Shown here in pieces: positions 1 to 8,971 of a DNA stretch of 32,627 nt. Position 1 is the first letter of the stretch, and the number at the start of each line of letters is the position of its first letter. The translations under genes were made by a program, and so were the position numbers. The stretch lies in sequence record SRR20825006_2217. The stretch is one strand, 5' to 3'. The notes under the pieces are model-generated. The model was not told where the DNA came from. It ran no database searches and saw nothing but the letters and a program-made list of their open reading frames with translations.

Positions 1-91
1 GTTCATGATTCTCACTCGCCGTCTTCTCGCGACCCGAATAAGATAGGATATCGACCTCCTTCTTCAAAGATTTCAGGTTGTGAGGTCGAGA

Positions 92-952
92 ATGAAACGC
101 CTCGTACTCTTCGGGTTACTGGCCACTGCGACGCCAGGTTGTCAGAACGCCAAGGTTTCCGAGCAACCTCACCAGACCACACCTCCCAAAGTCGACCGGC
201 GCGTGAATTCGAGCGACGCGCGCGAAGCGAGCGTGAAGGAGCTCGAGAGGCACTACAAACTAGCCCCCATGAGGGTGAACTCTACCGACGACGTGACCGT
301 GTACAGAGCGCGCAATGACAGCCAGGACACGCTTATCGGTGTCGGCACAAACGGCGAAGTGCTCGAGGGCGCTGACCTCATCAACGCGACCGATCGACCG
401 ATCTATGTCGCGCGGCTCGCGTTGGGCGTCTTTGTCTCTCCGATGCAAAGCCCGCTCCATGAAAACGGCGACGGCTACCTCGGGTTGACCGAGCCTCCAA
501 GAAAAGTCGGGGGTGTGTACGAGTTTCACGCTCACGTGGACGACGTGTGGATGCGATACACCTGGAATCCAGCGACAGAGAAGCTAACCAGCGAAGATCT
601 GACCCAGACGCTTCGAGCCAGGCACGAGAAGGAGACAACCGGGGAGATCATCTGTGCGAGAAAGGCGGCCTATTGCGGCTGCTGGACAAGTCAGCTTTGC
701 TTTCGCGCCGACAAGCTCGACCCCGAGGTCTACCCTGGGGATGCGACGCATAGGCGACTCGCCATGCGCGTTGGCGACATCCGCGCCTATGTCTCCTGCG
801 ACAGCCACGCGTGCGCTCACGGTGACTGCTACGAATGCGCGGGTCCTCCGGCGCCATGCACAGCTTCGTGCAAGGAAACGCCAGCCCCTTACTATTGCGC
901 GGTAAACACACAGGGCATCTGCGAAGCGGTGCCCACGTCCGAGGCGAAGTGA
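92..952 (+). CDS. Hypothetical lipoprotein with Cys-rich C-terminal domain
   Basis: ATG at 92 after GAGG (82-85). MKRLVLFGLLATATPG-C is a signal peptide II-like N-terminus, and 12 further Cys cluster in the last ~100 aa. Confidence 0.7.
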   Translation: MKRLVLFGLLATATPGCQNAKVSEQPHQTTPPKVDRRVNSSDAREASVKELERHYKLAPMRVNSTDDVTVYRARNDSQDTLIGVGTNGEVLEGADLINATDRPIYVARLALGVFVSPMQSPLHENGDGYLGLTEPPRKVGGVYEFHAHVDDVWMRYTWNPATEKLTSEDLTQTLRARHEKETTGEIICARKAAYCGCWTSQLCFRADKLDPEVYPGDATHRRLAMRVGDIRAYVSCDSHACAHGDCYECAGPPAPCTASCKETPAPYYCAVNTQGICEAVPTSEAK

Positions 953-1115
953 CGCGTCAGGGAGCGCCGATGCATTAATTTCGCTCCCCCGAGGAGTTCT
1001 GATAAAGTGAATCGATGGCAGTCAGAGAAAGCTCTCTCCAGGACACACGGCTCGTAAACGAGCATCGCGTGTCCTTTTGGAGAGAGCACGTGAAAAGAAA
1101 TCAGGAGGGGAAAAG

Positions 1116-1781
1116 ATGAAGAACCGCATCACCCGAAGCGCTGCCCCGCTCGCTGTATTTATACTCGTCCTCATCACCGCGCTCCCGTTGCTCGCGCAGC
1201 AAGGCGGCATGTGGCACTTCAAGTACTTTGCAGGCACGCCCCCCGCCTGGCACGACCACGAGACCTTCTTCGCGAGCAAGAGCGACTGCGAGAGCGCGCG
1301 CACGAGCCGCGACAAGAGCGGTTACCCCGTCAGCCAGTGCTATCACCTGCCCGCGGTTGTCCCGAAGATGGCGAGGTCGACCTCTTCGCCATCGACCACC
1401 ACGACAAAGAAGAAGAGCGACACGAGCAAGGCCAGGACGCCCACCAGCACGGTCGCCCAGGACGCGCGCATGGTCGCGCTCGAGGCGAAGCGAAAGCGCA
1501 AGATGCTCGAGGGTTGCCTGAGCTCCTGCACGGACACGCAGAAGGCATGCCTGATGGCGATCCCGGACGAGATGAGCTGCGTCCAAAAGCACACCTCGAC
1601 GTGCATCGAGAAGTGCACCCAGGTCGACGAGCAATCGCACAACCAGTGCATTCACGACGTTTGCGCCGCCAACGCCTCGAACACCTATATGTGGAAACAG
1701 CGCTGCAATGATGACGCCGCGCTGACGCGATCGCGCTGTAGCAACGAGCAGGTCGCGTGCGAACAGCAGTGTCGTCAGTGA
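1116..1781 (+). CDS. Secreted Cys-rich hypothetical protein
   Basis: GGAGG at 1104-1108 before ATG 1116. Sec signal peptide (MKNRITR...LPLLA/QQ), small 2-Cys N-domain, S/T/K linker, and a C-terminal domain with 12 Cys including CxxxC pairs. Confidence 0.75.
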   Translation: MKNRITRSAAPLAVFILVLITALPLLAQQGGMWHFKYFAGTPPAWHDHETFFASKSDCESARTSRDKSGYPVSQCYHLPAVVPKMARSTSSPSTTTTKKKSDTSKARTPTSTVAQDARMVALEAKRKRKMLEGCLSSCTDTQKACLMAIPDEMSCVQKHTSTCIEKCTQVDEQSHNQCIHDVCAANASNTYMWKQRCNDDAALTRSRCSNEQVACEQQCRQ

Positions 1782-1954
1782 GCCGCTGAGATCTGCGCTT
1801 TGCTTGGCGATTCGTTTTTTGCTAACCAGTGGAGATCCCTGCGGCGAGGAAGGGACTGATTCGAATCAGCCCCTTCCTCGCCGCAGGGATCTCCACTGGC
1901 GTTTCTTGCGCCAGGAACACCAACAGATTCCTTTACAACGCACGGATTTATACG

Positions 1955-4171
1955 ATGCAGAACATGACACCTCGCGCTTCACGCGCCGCTGTGATGATCC
2001 TCGTGGCAATGCTCGCGACGGCTTGTGGCAACAACAACGAAGAAAACAATACCCCGGCGCCCGAAGAAGATATGGGCATGACGACGCCCGCAGAAGATAT
2101 GGGCGAGACGCCGGATGATGGCGGTGATACGGACATGGGCGAGACCACGCCTGATATGTCCGAAGACCCCGATATGGGCGAGACGACGCCCGATATGAAC
2201 GTGGACCCTGACATGGGCGAGGAAGGCCCGGATGTCCCCGAGGTGGAGCCAAACGACGAGCTCGACTTCGAGGAAGGGATCGACGAATCGACCGGGTTCG
2301 AATCTGGCCAATCGATCGGCGGTAACATCACCGCGTCGGCCGCTGGCGAGCCCGGCGATCTCGACATCTACAGCGTCCAACTCGAGGGCGGGACGATCTT
2401 CGAATGGTCGTTCGCGCAGGTCGGCGAAGGGATCACCGAAGATGGCCTGGCCACGGTGCTCATCGACGCGACGACGGGTGACATCACGCGCGCGCTCTAC
2501 TCCACAGATGGGGACAAGCGTCAGGCGTTCATCCCCGAGGATGACACTTACTACCTGCTCGTCTACGACGCCGCGGACGAAGCCGAGACGCAGGCAGACA
2601 TCCCCGCGCACGGTGGCCCGAGCGCGACCTACATCATCGAAAACTCGACCATCGACATCAGCTCCGAGGCGCTCACCGCACCAGGAAGCGCCGATGGCGA
2701 CCTGAACGATGGCGACGTGGACGTCTACGCCTTCCAATGGGCGAGCGACCAGGTGATCTCGGCCGAGATCTTTGGCGAGCGCGAGCCAAACCTGAGCGAC
2801 ATCGACTCGGTGCTCTACCTCTGGGACGCGGACGCGAGCGAGCTCGTCTCGTTCAACGATGACGCGAACAACGACACGCTCGATTCGCGCATCTCCGCTG
2901 CAGGCGTCGACGGCACGAACTACCTGTTGATCGTCGACAACTACACCTACGCGCCCTCCTCGGCTTACCAGATCGTGGTGAGCGCGGAGGATGACTCGGT
3001 CGACGCTCCTGGCGAGCTGACGACGATGGCGGATGTGACCGGAGACATCGGCGAAGCGGACGCGGCAGCCGAGCAGTACGACACCGATTACTGGGCGATC
3101 ACCGTCCAGCCTGGCGAGACGGTCAAGTTCACGACGACCGCCGACGCTGACCTCCAGCCCGCGACGCTCGTCTACCTCAACGATCAGGGTTCCTTCACCG
3201 AGCTCGCCTTCGCTCGTCCCGTCGACGGCGCATCGGCCGCGACGATCGCGGTGCCTTCGACGCTCGACTCGGCCGTGGAGCTCTACGTGCTCGTGACCGA
3301 CGTGCGCAACCTGCTCGAAGATGACATGGACACGCCTGACTACGTCGGCGGCGCTGGCTTTGGCTACTCGCTCGGCGCAGAGCTCACCACCTTCACGACG
3401 AACAACATCACCGCGCCGGCGACCTTGACTGGCACGCTCGACGAGATCGGTGATTTCGTCTGGTTCGACTTCATGACGCCCGCGAGCGCGGTGTTGTTGG
3501 TGGATGCGAGCAGCACGTTCGCCGCTGGCGATGCCAACTCGGACCTGATCCTCGCGCAGCTCGACGGCGACAACGGCGTCAGCTTCTCGACCAGCCCGAT
3601 GACCTACGTCAACACGACCGCAGGCACCAAGACCTTCGGCGTGGTGGACTCCGCCTTCCAGGCGAGCTCGATGACGACGCCTTACGACTACAACTTCAAC
3701 CTGCGTATCGTGGACACGACCAACGTGACCTACACCGAGCTCGCAGACCCGATGACCAACACCAGCGAGGCAAACGCCACGACGCTCACGCCTCCTGTCG
3801 AGGTCTCCGAGCAAACGCAGGCGCTCGACTCGATGAACCCGAGCTACGACTACTACAAGGTCGCGCTCACCGCAGGTCAGACCATCGTCGTGGTGACCGC
3901 AGAAGATCCCGATGCACCTGTCGCCGATCCAAACGATCCGAACAGCACGCCCGAGTTCGCGGACACGATCGTGCGAATCCTGGACGCAGGCGGCAACGAG
4001 CTCGCGGCGAACGACGACTTGCGCGGCGACGACCAGTCGACCTTCAGCGCGACGAGCTACACGGCGCAAGCCGATGGCACCGTCACCATCGTCGTCGAGC
4101 CTTACTACAGTGAGTTCCTCGGCGACTTCTCCAACGGGTACTACCTGCTCCGCGTGTTGGTCGAGCAGTGA
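1955..4171 (+). CDS. Large acidic surface lipoprotein with tandem PPC-like (pre-peptidase C-terminal) domains
   Basis: Lipobox LATAC, acidic DMG linker, EVEPND motif, and repeated D-x-D-x-Y/F...D(S/T)xLx(L/I)xD...NDD motifs typical of PPC domains. No catalytic motif seen. The start is uncertain (1955 or 1964; the ORF is open from 1829). Confidence 0.75.
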   Translation: MQNMTPRASRAAVMILVAMLATACGNNNEENNTPAPEEDMGMTTPAEDMGETPDDGGDTDMGETTPDMSEDPDMGETTPDMNVDPDMGEEGPDVPEVEPNDELDFEEGIDESTGFESGQSIGGNITASAAGEPGDLDIYSVQLEGGTIFEWSFAQVGEGITEDGLATVLIDATTGDITRALYSTDGDKRQAFIPEDDTYYLLVYDAADEAETQADIPAHGGPSATYIIENSTIDISSEALTAPGSADGDLNDGDVDVYAFQWASDQVISAEIFGEREPNLSDIDSVLYLWDADASELVSFNDDANNDTLDSRISAAGVDGTNYLLIVDNYTYAPSSAYQIVVSAEDDSVDAPGELTTMADVTGDIGEADAAAEQYDTDYWAITVQPGETVKFTTTADADLQPATLVYLNDQGSFTELAFARPVDGASAATIAVPSTLDSAVELYVLVTDVRNLLEDDMDTPDYVGGAGFGYSLGAELTTFTTNNITAPATLTGTLDEIGDFVWFDFMTPASAVLLVDASSTFAAGDANSDLILAQLDGDNGVSFSTSPMTYVNTTAGTKTFGVVDSAFQASSMTTPYDYNFNLRIVDTTNVTYTELADPMTNTSEANATTLTPPVEVSEQTQALDSMNPSYDYYKVALTAGQTIVVVTAEDPDAPVADPNDPNSTPEFADTIVRILDAGGNELAANDDLRGDDQSTFSATSYTAQADGTVTIVVEPYYSEFLGDFSNGYYLLRVLVEQ
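2069..2221 (+). repeat. Intragenic Asp-Met(-Gly) repeats including a 39-bp tandem unit
   Basis: GACATGGGCGAGACCACGCCTGATATGTCCGAAGACCCC / GATATGGGCGAGACGACGCCCGATATGAACGTGGACCCT / GACATGGGCGAG from 2132, encoding DMGETTPDMxxDP. Seven DM dipeptides in total. Confidence 0.8.
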
Positions 4172-4530
4172 CCCGACAGCTCCTCGCGCTCGCGCTCACG
4201 CTGATCATCGAGCTCCCCTGCGCCTATCCCTTTGGCGCCAAGATCAGCCGCGAGCGAGAGGAGCCACGCTGGCGTTGGCCAGTGATTATCCTATCAGCCT
4301 CATTGCTCACTCACCCCTTCGCGTGGTGGGCAAATGAGGTTGGCCTTATCGCGCTGCCCTTCTGGCAGCGCGCCGCGATCATCGAAGTAAGCGTGGTGAT
4401 TCTGGAGGCGATACTCTATCGCTTCGCGCTCCCCTTGCAGGCAAAACGCGCCATCGGCGCATCGCTCCTGGCCAATAGCGCGAGCTTTGGCTTCGGGCTC
4501 TTGCTCTACGCGCTCGGGGTAGCGATTTAG
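4168..4530 (+). CDS. Small integral membrane protein (~4 TM), unknown function
   Basis: GTGA start/stop overlap with the upstream lipoprotein gene. Hydrophobic helices carry the motifs LTLIIE, LLTHP, IEVSVVILE and LANSASF. Confidence 0.8.
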   Translation: MTRQLLALALTLIIELPCAYPFGAKISREREEPRWRWPVIILSASLLTHPFAWWANEVGLIALPFWQRAAIIEVSVVILEAILYRFALPLQAKRAIGASLLANSASFGFGLLLYALGVAI

Positions 4531-4540
4531 TTTCAGGTGC

Positions 4541-5602
4541 TCAACGAGATTCGGAAGAGCTCGAAACGAGCGCGCTGAGCGCGATCATCAGGATCGGGAC
4601 CTCGATCCAGGCATGCACGGCTGCGGCCACGCCATACACCGATCTCGCGATCTTGAAGTCGAAGCAAAACCCGACAAACAACACCGCGCTCGCGCCCACG
4701 ACGGCGAACAAGAAGAGCGCATCGCGCGAGCCGAGGCTCTCGGCTTCTGAGCCGGGAGCTTTCTCGTCCTCCGAAGCCATCGACGCCGCCCCGGGTTCGC
4801 TCGCTCGCGCCAGGCAACGCGGCAAGACGTGAATCACCGCCGCGTAGTGCATGACCTGCGCGAAGACCACCGCAGAGAATGCGTGCTGCGCGCTCGCCAG
4901 GCCGTGCCACTGCCGAGGCAGATAGGCCGAGAAGTGGTCGTAGAGCGGCCCTGTGGGCAGCGGCGTGAAGTCTGGCGCGTACACCCCGAGCTTCATCAAC
5001 CACACGGCAGGTACGCCGCTCGCGATAAACAGCGGGATCATCACGAACACGGCCACCGAGAGCGCCATGACCGCGCCGCGCGATCGAGATGGCGCGACCT
5101 CGACCAAAAACCCCATCGGGGTCAGGTTGTGAAGCACCGCGAGCAAGAGGAGCGTATGAATAGGGGTGACGAGCAAGCCGACCACGAGCCCCACCACGAG
5201 AAGCGCGCTCGCGGCAAAACCCGCGCGGCTCACGCGCCAGATGACGGGGAGCGCGCAGAGCGCGAGCGCGACGACCAGCGCGAGCTCGAGGTTCGTCGCC
5301 AGCGCGCCTTCGATCATGCCCGAGAGCTTGCCGATCCTCAGCCCGACCACACCTGTCAGCAGCAGCGTCAACGCCGCGAGCAACCAGCGCTGCAGGCGCT
5401 GACCGAAGCGAGCGCGCACGAAGCGCATCTCGCTCATCACATGCGCGAGCCCGAACAGCGCCAGCGATAGCGTGTACGTGAGCAACGGGAAGCCCACGCT
5501 GGCGATCATGGCAGCGAGCAGCGCCGAGGCGAAGACGCCAGCGCGCCAACCTCGCGTCAAGGAGAGCGGAAAGGGAGACTGTGTCGTGGAGATCGAGCTC
5601 AC
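4541..5602 (-). CDS. Polytopic membrane protein with His motifs (putative metal-dependent membrane enzyme)
   Basis: GTG at 5602 overlaps the upstream TGA (GTGA), which is more plausible than the 5719 start. About 9-10 hydrophobic segments, with motifs FGLAHVMSE, LHNLTP, FAQVMHY and VHAWIE. Confidence 0.75.
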   Translation of the reverse strand: MSSISTTQSPFPLSLTRGWRAGVFASALLAAMIASVGFPLLTYTLSLALFGLAHVMSEMRFVRARFGQRLQRWLLAALTLLLTGVVGLRIGKLSGMIEGALATNLELALVVALALCALPVIWRVSRAGFAASALLVVGLVVGLLVTPIHTLLLLAVLHNLTPMGFLVEVAPSRSRGAVMALSVAVFVMIPLFIASGVPAVWLMKLGVYAPDFTPLPTGPLYDHFSAYLPRQWHGLASAQHAFSAVVFAQVMHYAAVIHVLPRCLARASEPGAASMASEDEKAPGSEAESLGSRDALFLFAVVGASAVLFVGFCFDFKIARSVYGVAAAVHAWIEVPILMIALSALVSSSSESR

Positions 5603-5928
5603 GAGGCTGTCTGAGTGCTCATCGGGGAAGGTTCGCAGGCAGGCTTCTCGCGCCTGGCAAACCCGAGCAAGGAGAGCCCGGTCGCGAGCGCGATAAACCC
5701 GATGAGGTTCCCGGCGCAACCTCTGGAGGCATCCTCTTTTGGCTGCTCGCTGATGACCTCCTCGGAGGCATCCGGCGACACCGGCTCGTCAGCCTCATTT
5801 AAAGGAGGAGTTTGCCAGTTTTCGAACGAGCCAGGGTCGATCACATCAGCATGCGCCATGATCGGGGCGATGCACGCGAAACAAGCCGCGAACAAGGCCA
5901 TCGAAATCCGTGCGCGAAGAGATGACAT
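5599..5928 (-). CDS. Small secreted protein with C-terminal Cys/TM/basic anchor (MYXO-CTERM-like)
   Basis: GAGGA RBS, signal peptide ending AHA/DVIDPG, acidic linker, then RGCA + TM helix + RR. Confidence 0.75.
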   Translation of the reverse strand: MSSLRARISMALFAACFACIAPIMAHADVIDPGSFENWQTPPLNEADEPVSPDASEEVISEQPKEDASRGCAGNLIGFIALATGLSLLGFARREKPACEPSPMSTQTAS

Positions 5929-5931
5929 GAA

Positions 5932-6396
5932 TCAATCCTCGCGGCGACGTCGCGTGAGCCCGAGGAGCAAGAACCCGAGGAGGAACGCGCCGAAGGGGAT
6001 GCTGGCGCTCGAAGCCTGCGCGCAGCCACGCTGCTTCGGGGCATCCTCGGAGCCGGTCTCCGTATCAGTCGAGGTCTCGCCGCCTGTCTCGGAGCCGGAC
6101 GTGTCCGCGGGCTCCTCGGCGGTGGTCGTGTTGTTGGCGGGCTCTTCGGCCTGTGGCTCGGCGTTCGGATCGCAGGTCAGGATCGTGCTGCAATCCTCGC
6201 TCCCGTCTGGCGTGGGGCGACAACGCTTGCCCTCGACGCAGGCGCCGTCTTCGCCGTTGATACTACAGGCGTCACCGAGCTCTTTATTCGAGCAGGACTC
6301 CTGCCCTGGCGAGATGAGGTCGGCGAATGCAGCAGATGGCAACGTGATGAGGGCGCCAAATACGAGCAGGAATACACAGAGCAAACGTTGGGGCAT
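5932..6396 (-). CDS. MYXO-CTERM-type surface protein with 6-Cys domain
   Basis: AGGA RBS before ATG 6396, signal peptide ending AFA/DLISPG, a C..K..GD.C......G.C motif, an acidic T/E/G stalk, and the tail RGCAQASSASIPFGAFLLGFLLLGLTRRRRED. Confidence 0.85.
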   Translation of the reverse strand: MPQRLLCVFLLVFGALITLPSAAFADLISPGQESCSNKELGDACSINGEDGACVEGKRCRPTPDGSEDCSTILTCDPNAEPQAEEPANNTTTAEEPADTSGSETGGETSTDTETGSEDAPKQRGCAQASSASIPFGAFLLGFLLLGLTRRRRED

Positions 6397-6660
6397 GACG
6401 ATCATCCTGGATGAATTTGCCGCTGGAGAGTGTTCCTCCAGGAGGCAGTGAAGAAATGGATGGCTCGAACCTGTAGTCGCGATCGTCTACAGAGGTAACA
6501 CGCCTCTCCCGATCACACCAGACGAGAGCAACTTCGATGCTTGTACGATCGATGACAGCATATCGCGTCGCGCTCTGCTTGACCCGTCACGAGCAAAGTG
6601 TTCAGATCGGAATACTCGAACCAAAACAAGACGCTGCAGAGCGCAGCGAGGAGAGGCAAA

Positions 6661-7497
6661 ATGGCGACATGGTACGACGACACCGCAGGCAAACCCAGCC
6701 AGAACCCCCTGGGAGGGCAGCTCTCCGCGGAGCAGGTGCAGCTCAAGCGGGTCAACCCCTTTGGCGTGGACATCATGGGGATCTTCAATCAGGCCTTCGA
6801 GAAGGTCAAAGCCCAGCCAGCCGAGGCGATCGGTTACCCGCTGGTGATCATGGCCATTCAGATGGCGGTTCACATGGCGATCAACATCATCATGCAATTC
6901 GCGATGTTCTTTGTCGCCTTTGCTGGCGCGGCGGCGAGCAAGGCGCATGAGATGTTGGGCATGGCCGTCATGATCGGCGCGGGCGTGATCATCTTCGCCG
7001 TCGTGTTCGTCTTGATGATGGCGATGCAGGCGCTCGTGCAGGGCGCGCTCAACATCGCGTGGCTGCGCCTCGCGCGTGGTCAGTCGCTCAAGCTCGAGCA
7101 CCTCTTCGAGGTCAAGCGCTTCGCCAAGCCTCTTATTGTCGGCTCCATCTTGCTCCCTCTGGGCGTGACGCTCGGGTACATCTTCCTGATCATCCCCGGA
7201 ATCATCTTCATGCTCGGCTGCTTCCTCTACTCCTTCGTGGTGGTGGACAAGAACCTCTCTGGCGTCGAGAGCCTCAAGGCCGCCTGGGCGCTCACCGATG
7301 GCCACAAGCTCGACCTGTTCCTGCTGATGCTCCTGATGAGCCTCGTGAACATGCTCGGCATGATGGCATGTGGTGTGGGCATGATCGTCACGATCCCCAT
7401 GACCTTTGGCGCGATCGCCTACTTCTACGACTCCATCGCCGAGCCAGGGAACGCCTATCTCCAGGATGGCGAGGGCCTCGACGACGTCTTTGCCTGA
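6661..7497 (+). CDS. Integral membrane protein (DUF975/YciC-like)
   Basis: GGAGAGG RBS before ATG 6661. Multiple TMs with the motifs LIIPGI, VVVDKNLSGVESLKAAWALTDG and ACGVGMIVTIP. Confidence 0.75.
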   Translation: MATWYDDTAGKPSQNPLGGQLSAEQVQLKRVNPFGVDIMGIFNQAFEKVKAQPAEAIGYPLVIMAIQMAVHMAINIIMQFAMFFVAFAGAAASKAHEMLGMAVMIGAGVIIFAVVFVLMMAMQALVQGALNIAWLRLARGQSLKLEHLFEVKRFAKPLIVGSILLPLGVTLGYIFLIIPGIIFMLGCFLYSFVVVDKNLSGVESLKAAWALTDGHKLDLFLLMLLMSLVNMLGMMACGVGMIVTIPMTFGAIAYFYDSIAEPGNAYLQDGEGLDDVFA

Positions 7498-7566
7498 TAC
7501 ACCCTGGTCAAAACACCCTCTATCTACTATCTTCATGGGGGCAATTTTGCCCCCATGGAGCCCCCC

Positions 7567-8931
7567 ATGCCATCGCCAACCTCACGCATCTTCACGCCAT
7601 TGTTTCTCTGCCTGACCCTCGCGAGCGCGCAGCTCGCCTGCGGCGGAGAACGAGAGGGCGGCGCCATCGACAGCGTCATCGACAGGGGCCGCGATCTCTT
7701 CACAGACGATGAGGGCGAAGGGGGCCGAAGAAGCAAACCTCCCAAGGTCGAGATCTACACCAGCATCGCGCGATCGGATGGTCGCTACACCATGGTCGGT
7801 CACGCCAGCGATGATGGTGAGGTGCGCGGCGTGCAGGTCGTCGCCGAGTTCATCTGCCCAGGCGTCGAGGCCAAGTGCGTGCAGGGACAAAAGCTGCGTC
7901 AGATCCATGATCTGACGCCCCCCTTCGACAACTTCGTGTGGGAGACCACCCTCCCCCAGGAGCGCATCACCTACGAGGTACGCGCCGCGGACGAGGATGG
8001 CTTCGGGCAGCCCTACAAGGTCACCGTCCTGCGCGATGACCCCGACGATAATGATCACTACATCTTCGAGGAGGAGGACCTTCGCGAGTTGCGCCGTAAA
8101 CAGGGCACCTCGATCGTGGGCAACCTCTCGATCGAGGGCCTCGATGGCCTCCAGGACCTCCAGAGCTTGCGTGGTCTGGAGCAGGTCACCGGCACGCTAT
8201 CGATCTCGGGGAACCCCGACCTGCTCGACCTTCGAGGGTTGGATCAACTCGTGCGAGTCAAGGAGCTAAGGATCGCGGGCAACGCGAACCTCGCGGACGC
8301 GAGCTCGCTGCGCAGGTTGCGCGATGTGGAGTTTATCTACATCGGAGGCACGAGCTCGCTCGGAAACCTCCAAGGGCTCTCGAACGTCTCCCACCTCCCA
8401 CGCTTGACGCTCGCCGGGGTCATCGGGCTCGATGATCTTTCCGGGATGGACAGCCTGGAGAGCGTGGACCTGCTCGAGATCGAGGCATCGCGAGGGATCA
8501 CGAACCTCTCGGGATTGGATAACATCAAGACGATCGACACCCTCTCGCTCTCGGCCAATCGCAACCTCATCGATCTCGTCGGGTTGTCACCGGACCTCTC
8601 CCTGCGCCACCTCGTCTCCTACCGAAACATCGCGCAGCTCTCCTTCCGAGGTTTTCCGCCAAACCTCGAGGAACTCAGCACGTTGAGCATCGAGGACGCT
8701 GACGCCATGGAGCAGCTCTCCGGCCTCGAGGGGTTGCGGCGAGCGCACCGTATCTCGATCGTGCACAACAACCTGCTCGAGAGCCTCGATGGCCTCGCTG
8801 GCGTGGAGAGCGTCGAGCAGTTCGAGATCACCAAGAACAAGATCTTGCCGCAGTGTGATGCCAAGCAATTCGCGGCCCAACGCAGCGATGATCCTCGCGT
8901 CGCGCAAAACGCGGGCGCGAGCTGCGACTGA
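7567..8931 (+). CDS. Lipoprotein with receptor L-domain/LRR-like beta-helix repeats
   Basis: GGAG before ATG 7567 and lipobox QLAC. About 11 repeats of ~22 aa (LxIxxNxxLxxLxGLxxLxxV) with a Cys cap LPQC...C. Confidence 0.8.
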   Translation: MPSPTSRIFTPLFLCLTLASAQLACGGEREGGAIDSVIDRGRDLFTDDEGEGGRRSKPPKVEIYTSIARSDGRYTMVGHASDDGEVRGVQVVAEFICPGVEAKCVQGQKLRQIHDLTPPFDNFVWETTLPQERITYEVRAADEDGFGQPYKVTVLRDDPDDNDHYIFEEEDLRELRRKQGTSIVGNLSIEGLDGLQDLQSLRGLEQVTGTLSISGNPDLLDLRGLDQLVRVKELRIAGNANLADASSLRRLRDVEFIYIGGTSSLGNLQGLSNVSHLPRLTLAGVIGLDDLSGMDSLESVDLLEIEASRGITNLSGLDNIKTIDTLSLSANRNLIDLVGLSPDLSLRHLVSYRNIAQLSFRGFPPNLEELSTLSIEDADAMEQLSGLEGLRRAHRISIVHNNLLESLDGLAGVESVEQFEITKNKILPQCDAKQFAAQRSDDPRVAQNAGASCD

Positions 8932-8971
8932 CACGTCGCGCTCGAACACGCCTCCCCGAAAACTCCTCAGA

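Noticed and set aside
1-20. Possible minus-strand gene start (CAT at 4-6)
   Set aside because: Only two codons lie in the window, so it cannot be supported.
1979-4069. 696-aa antisense ORF, and similar long shadows at 6487-7536, 9584-10798, 16346-17464 and 18083-19522
   Set aside because: They lie opposite well-supported genes, are R/V/G/A-rich without motifs, and are expected from high-GC codon bias.
5603-5719. N-terminal extension of the His-motif membrane ORF
   Set aside because: It overlaps the upstream gene by ~120 bp, and the GTG at 5602 gives a standard GTGA coupling.
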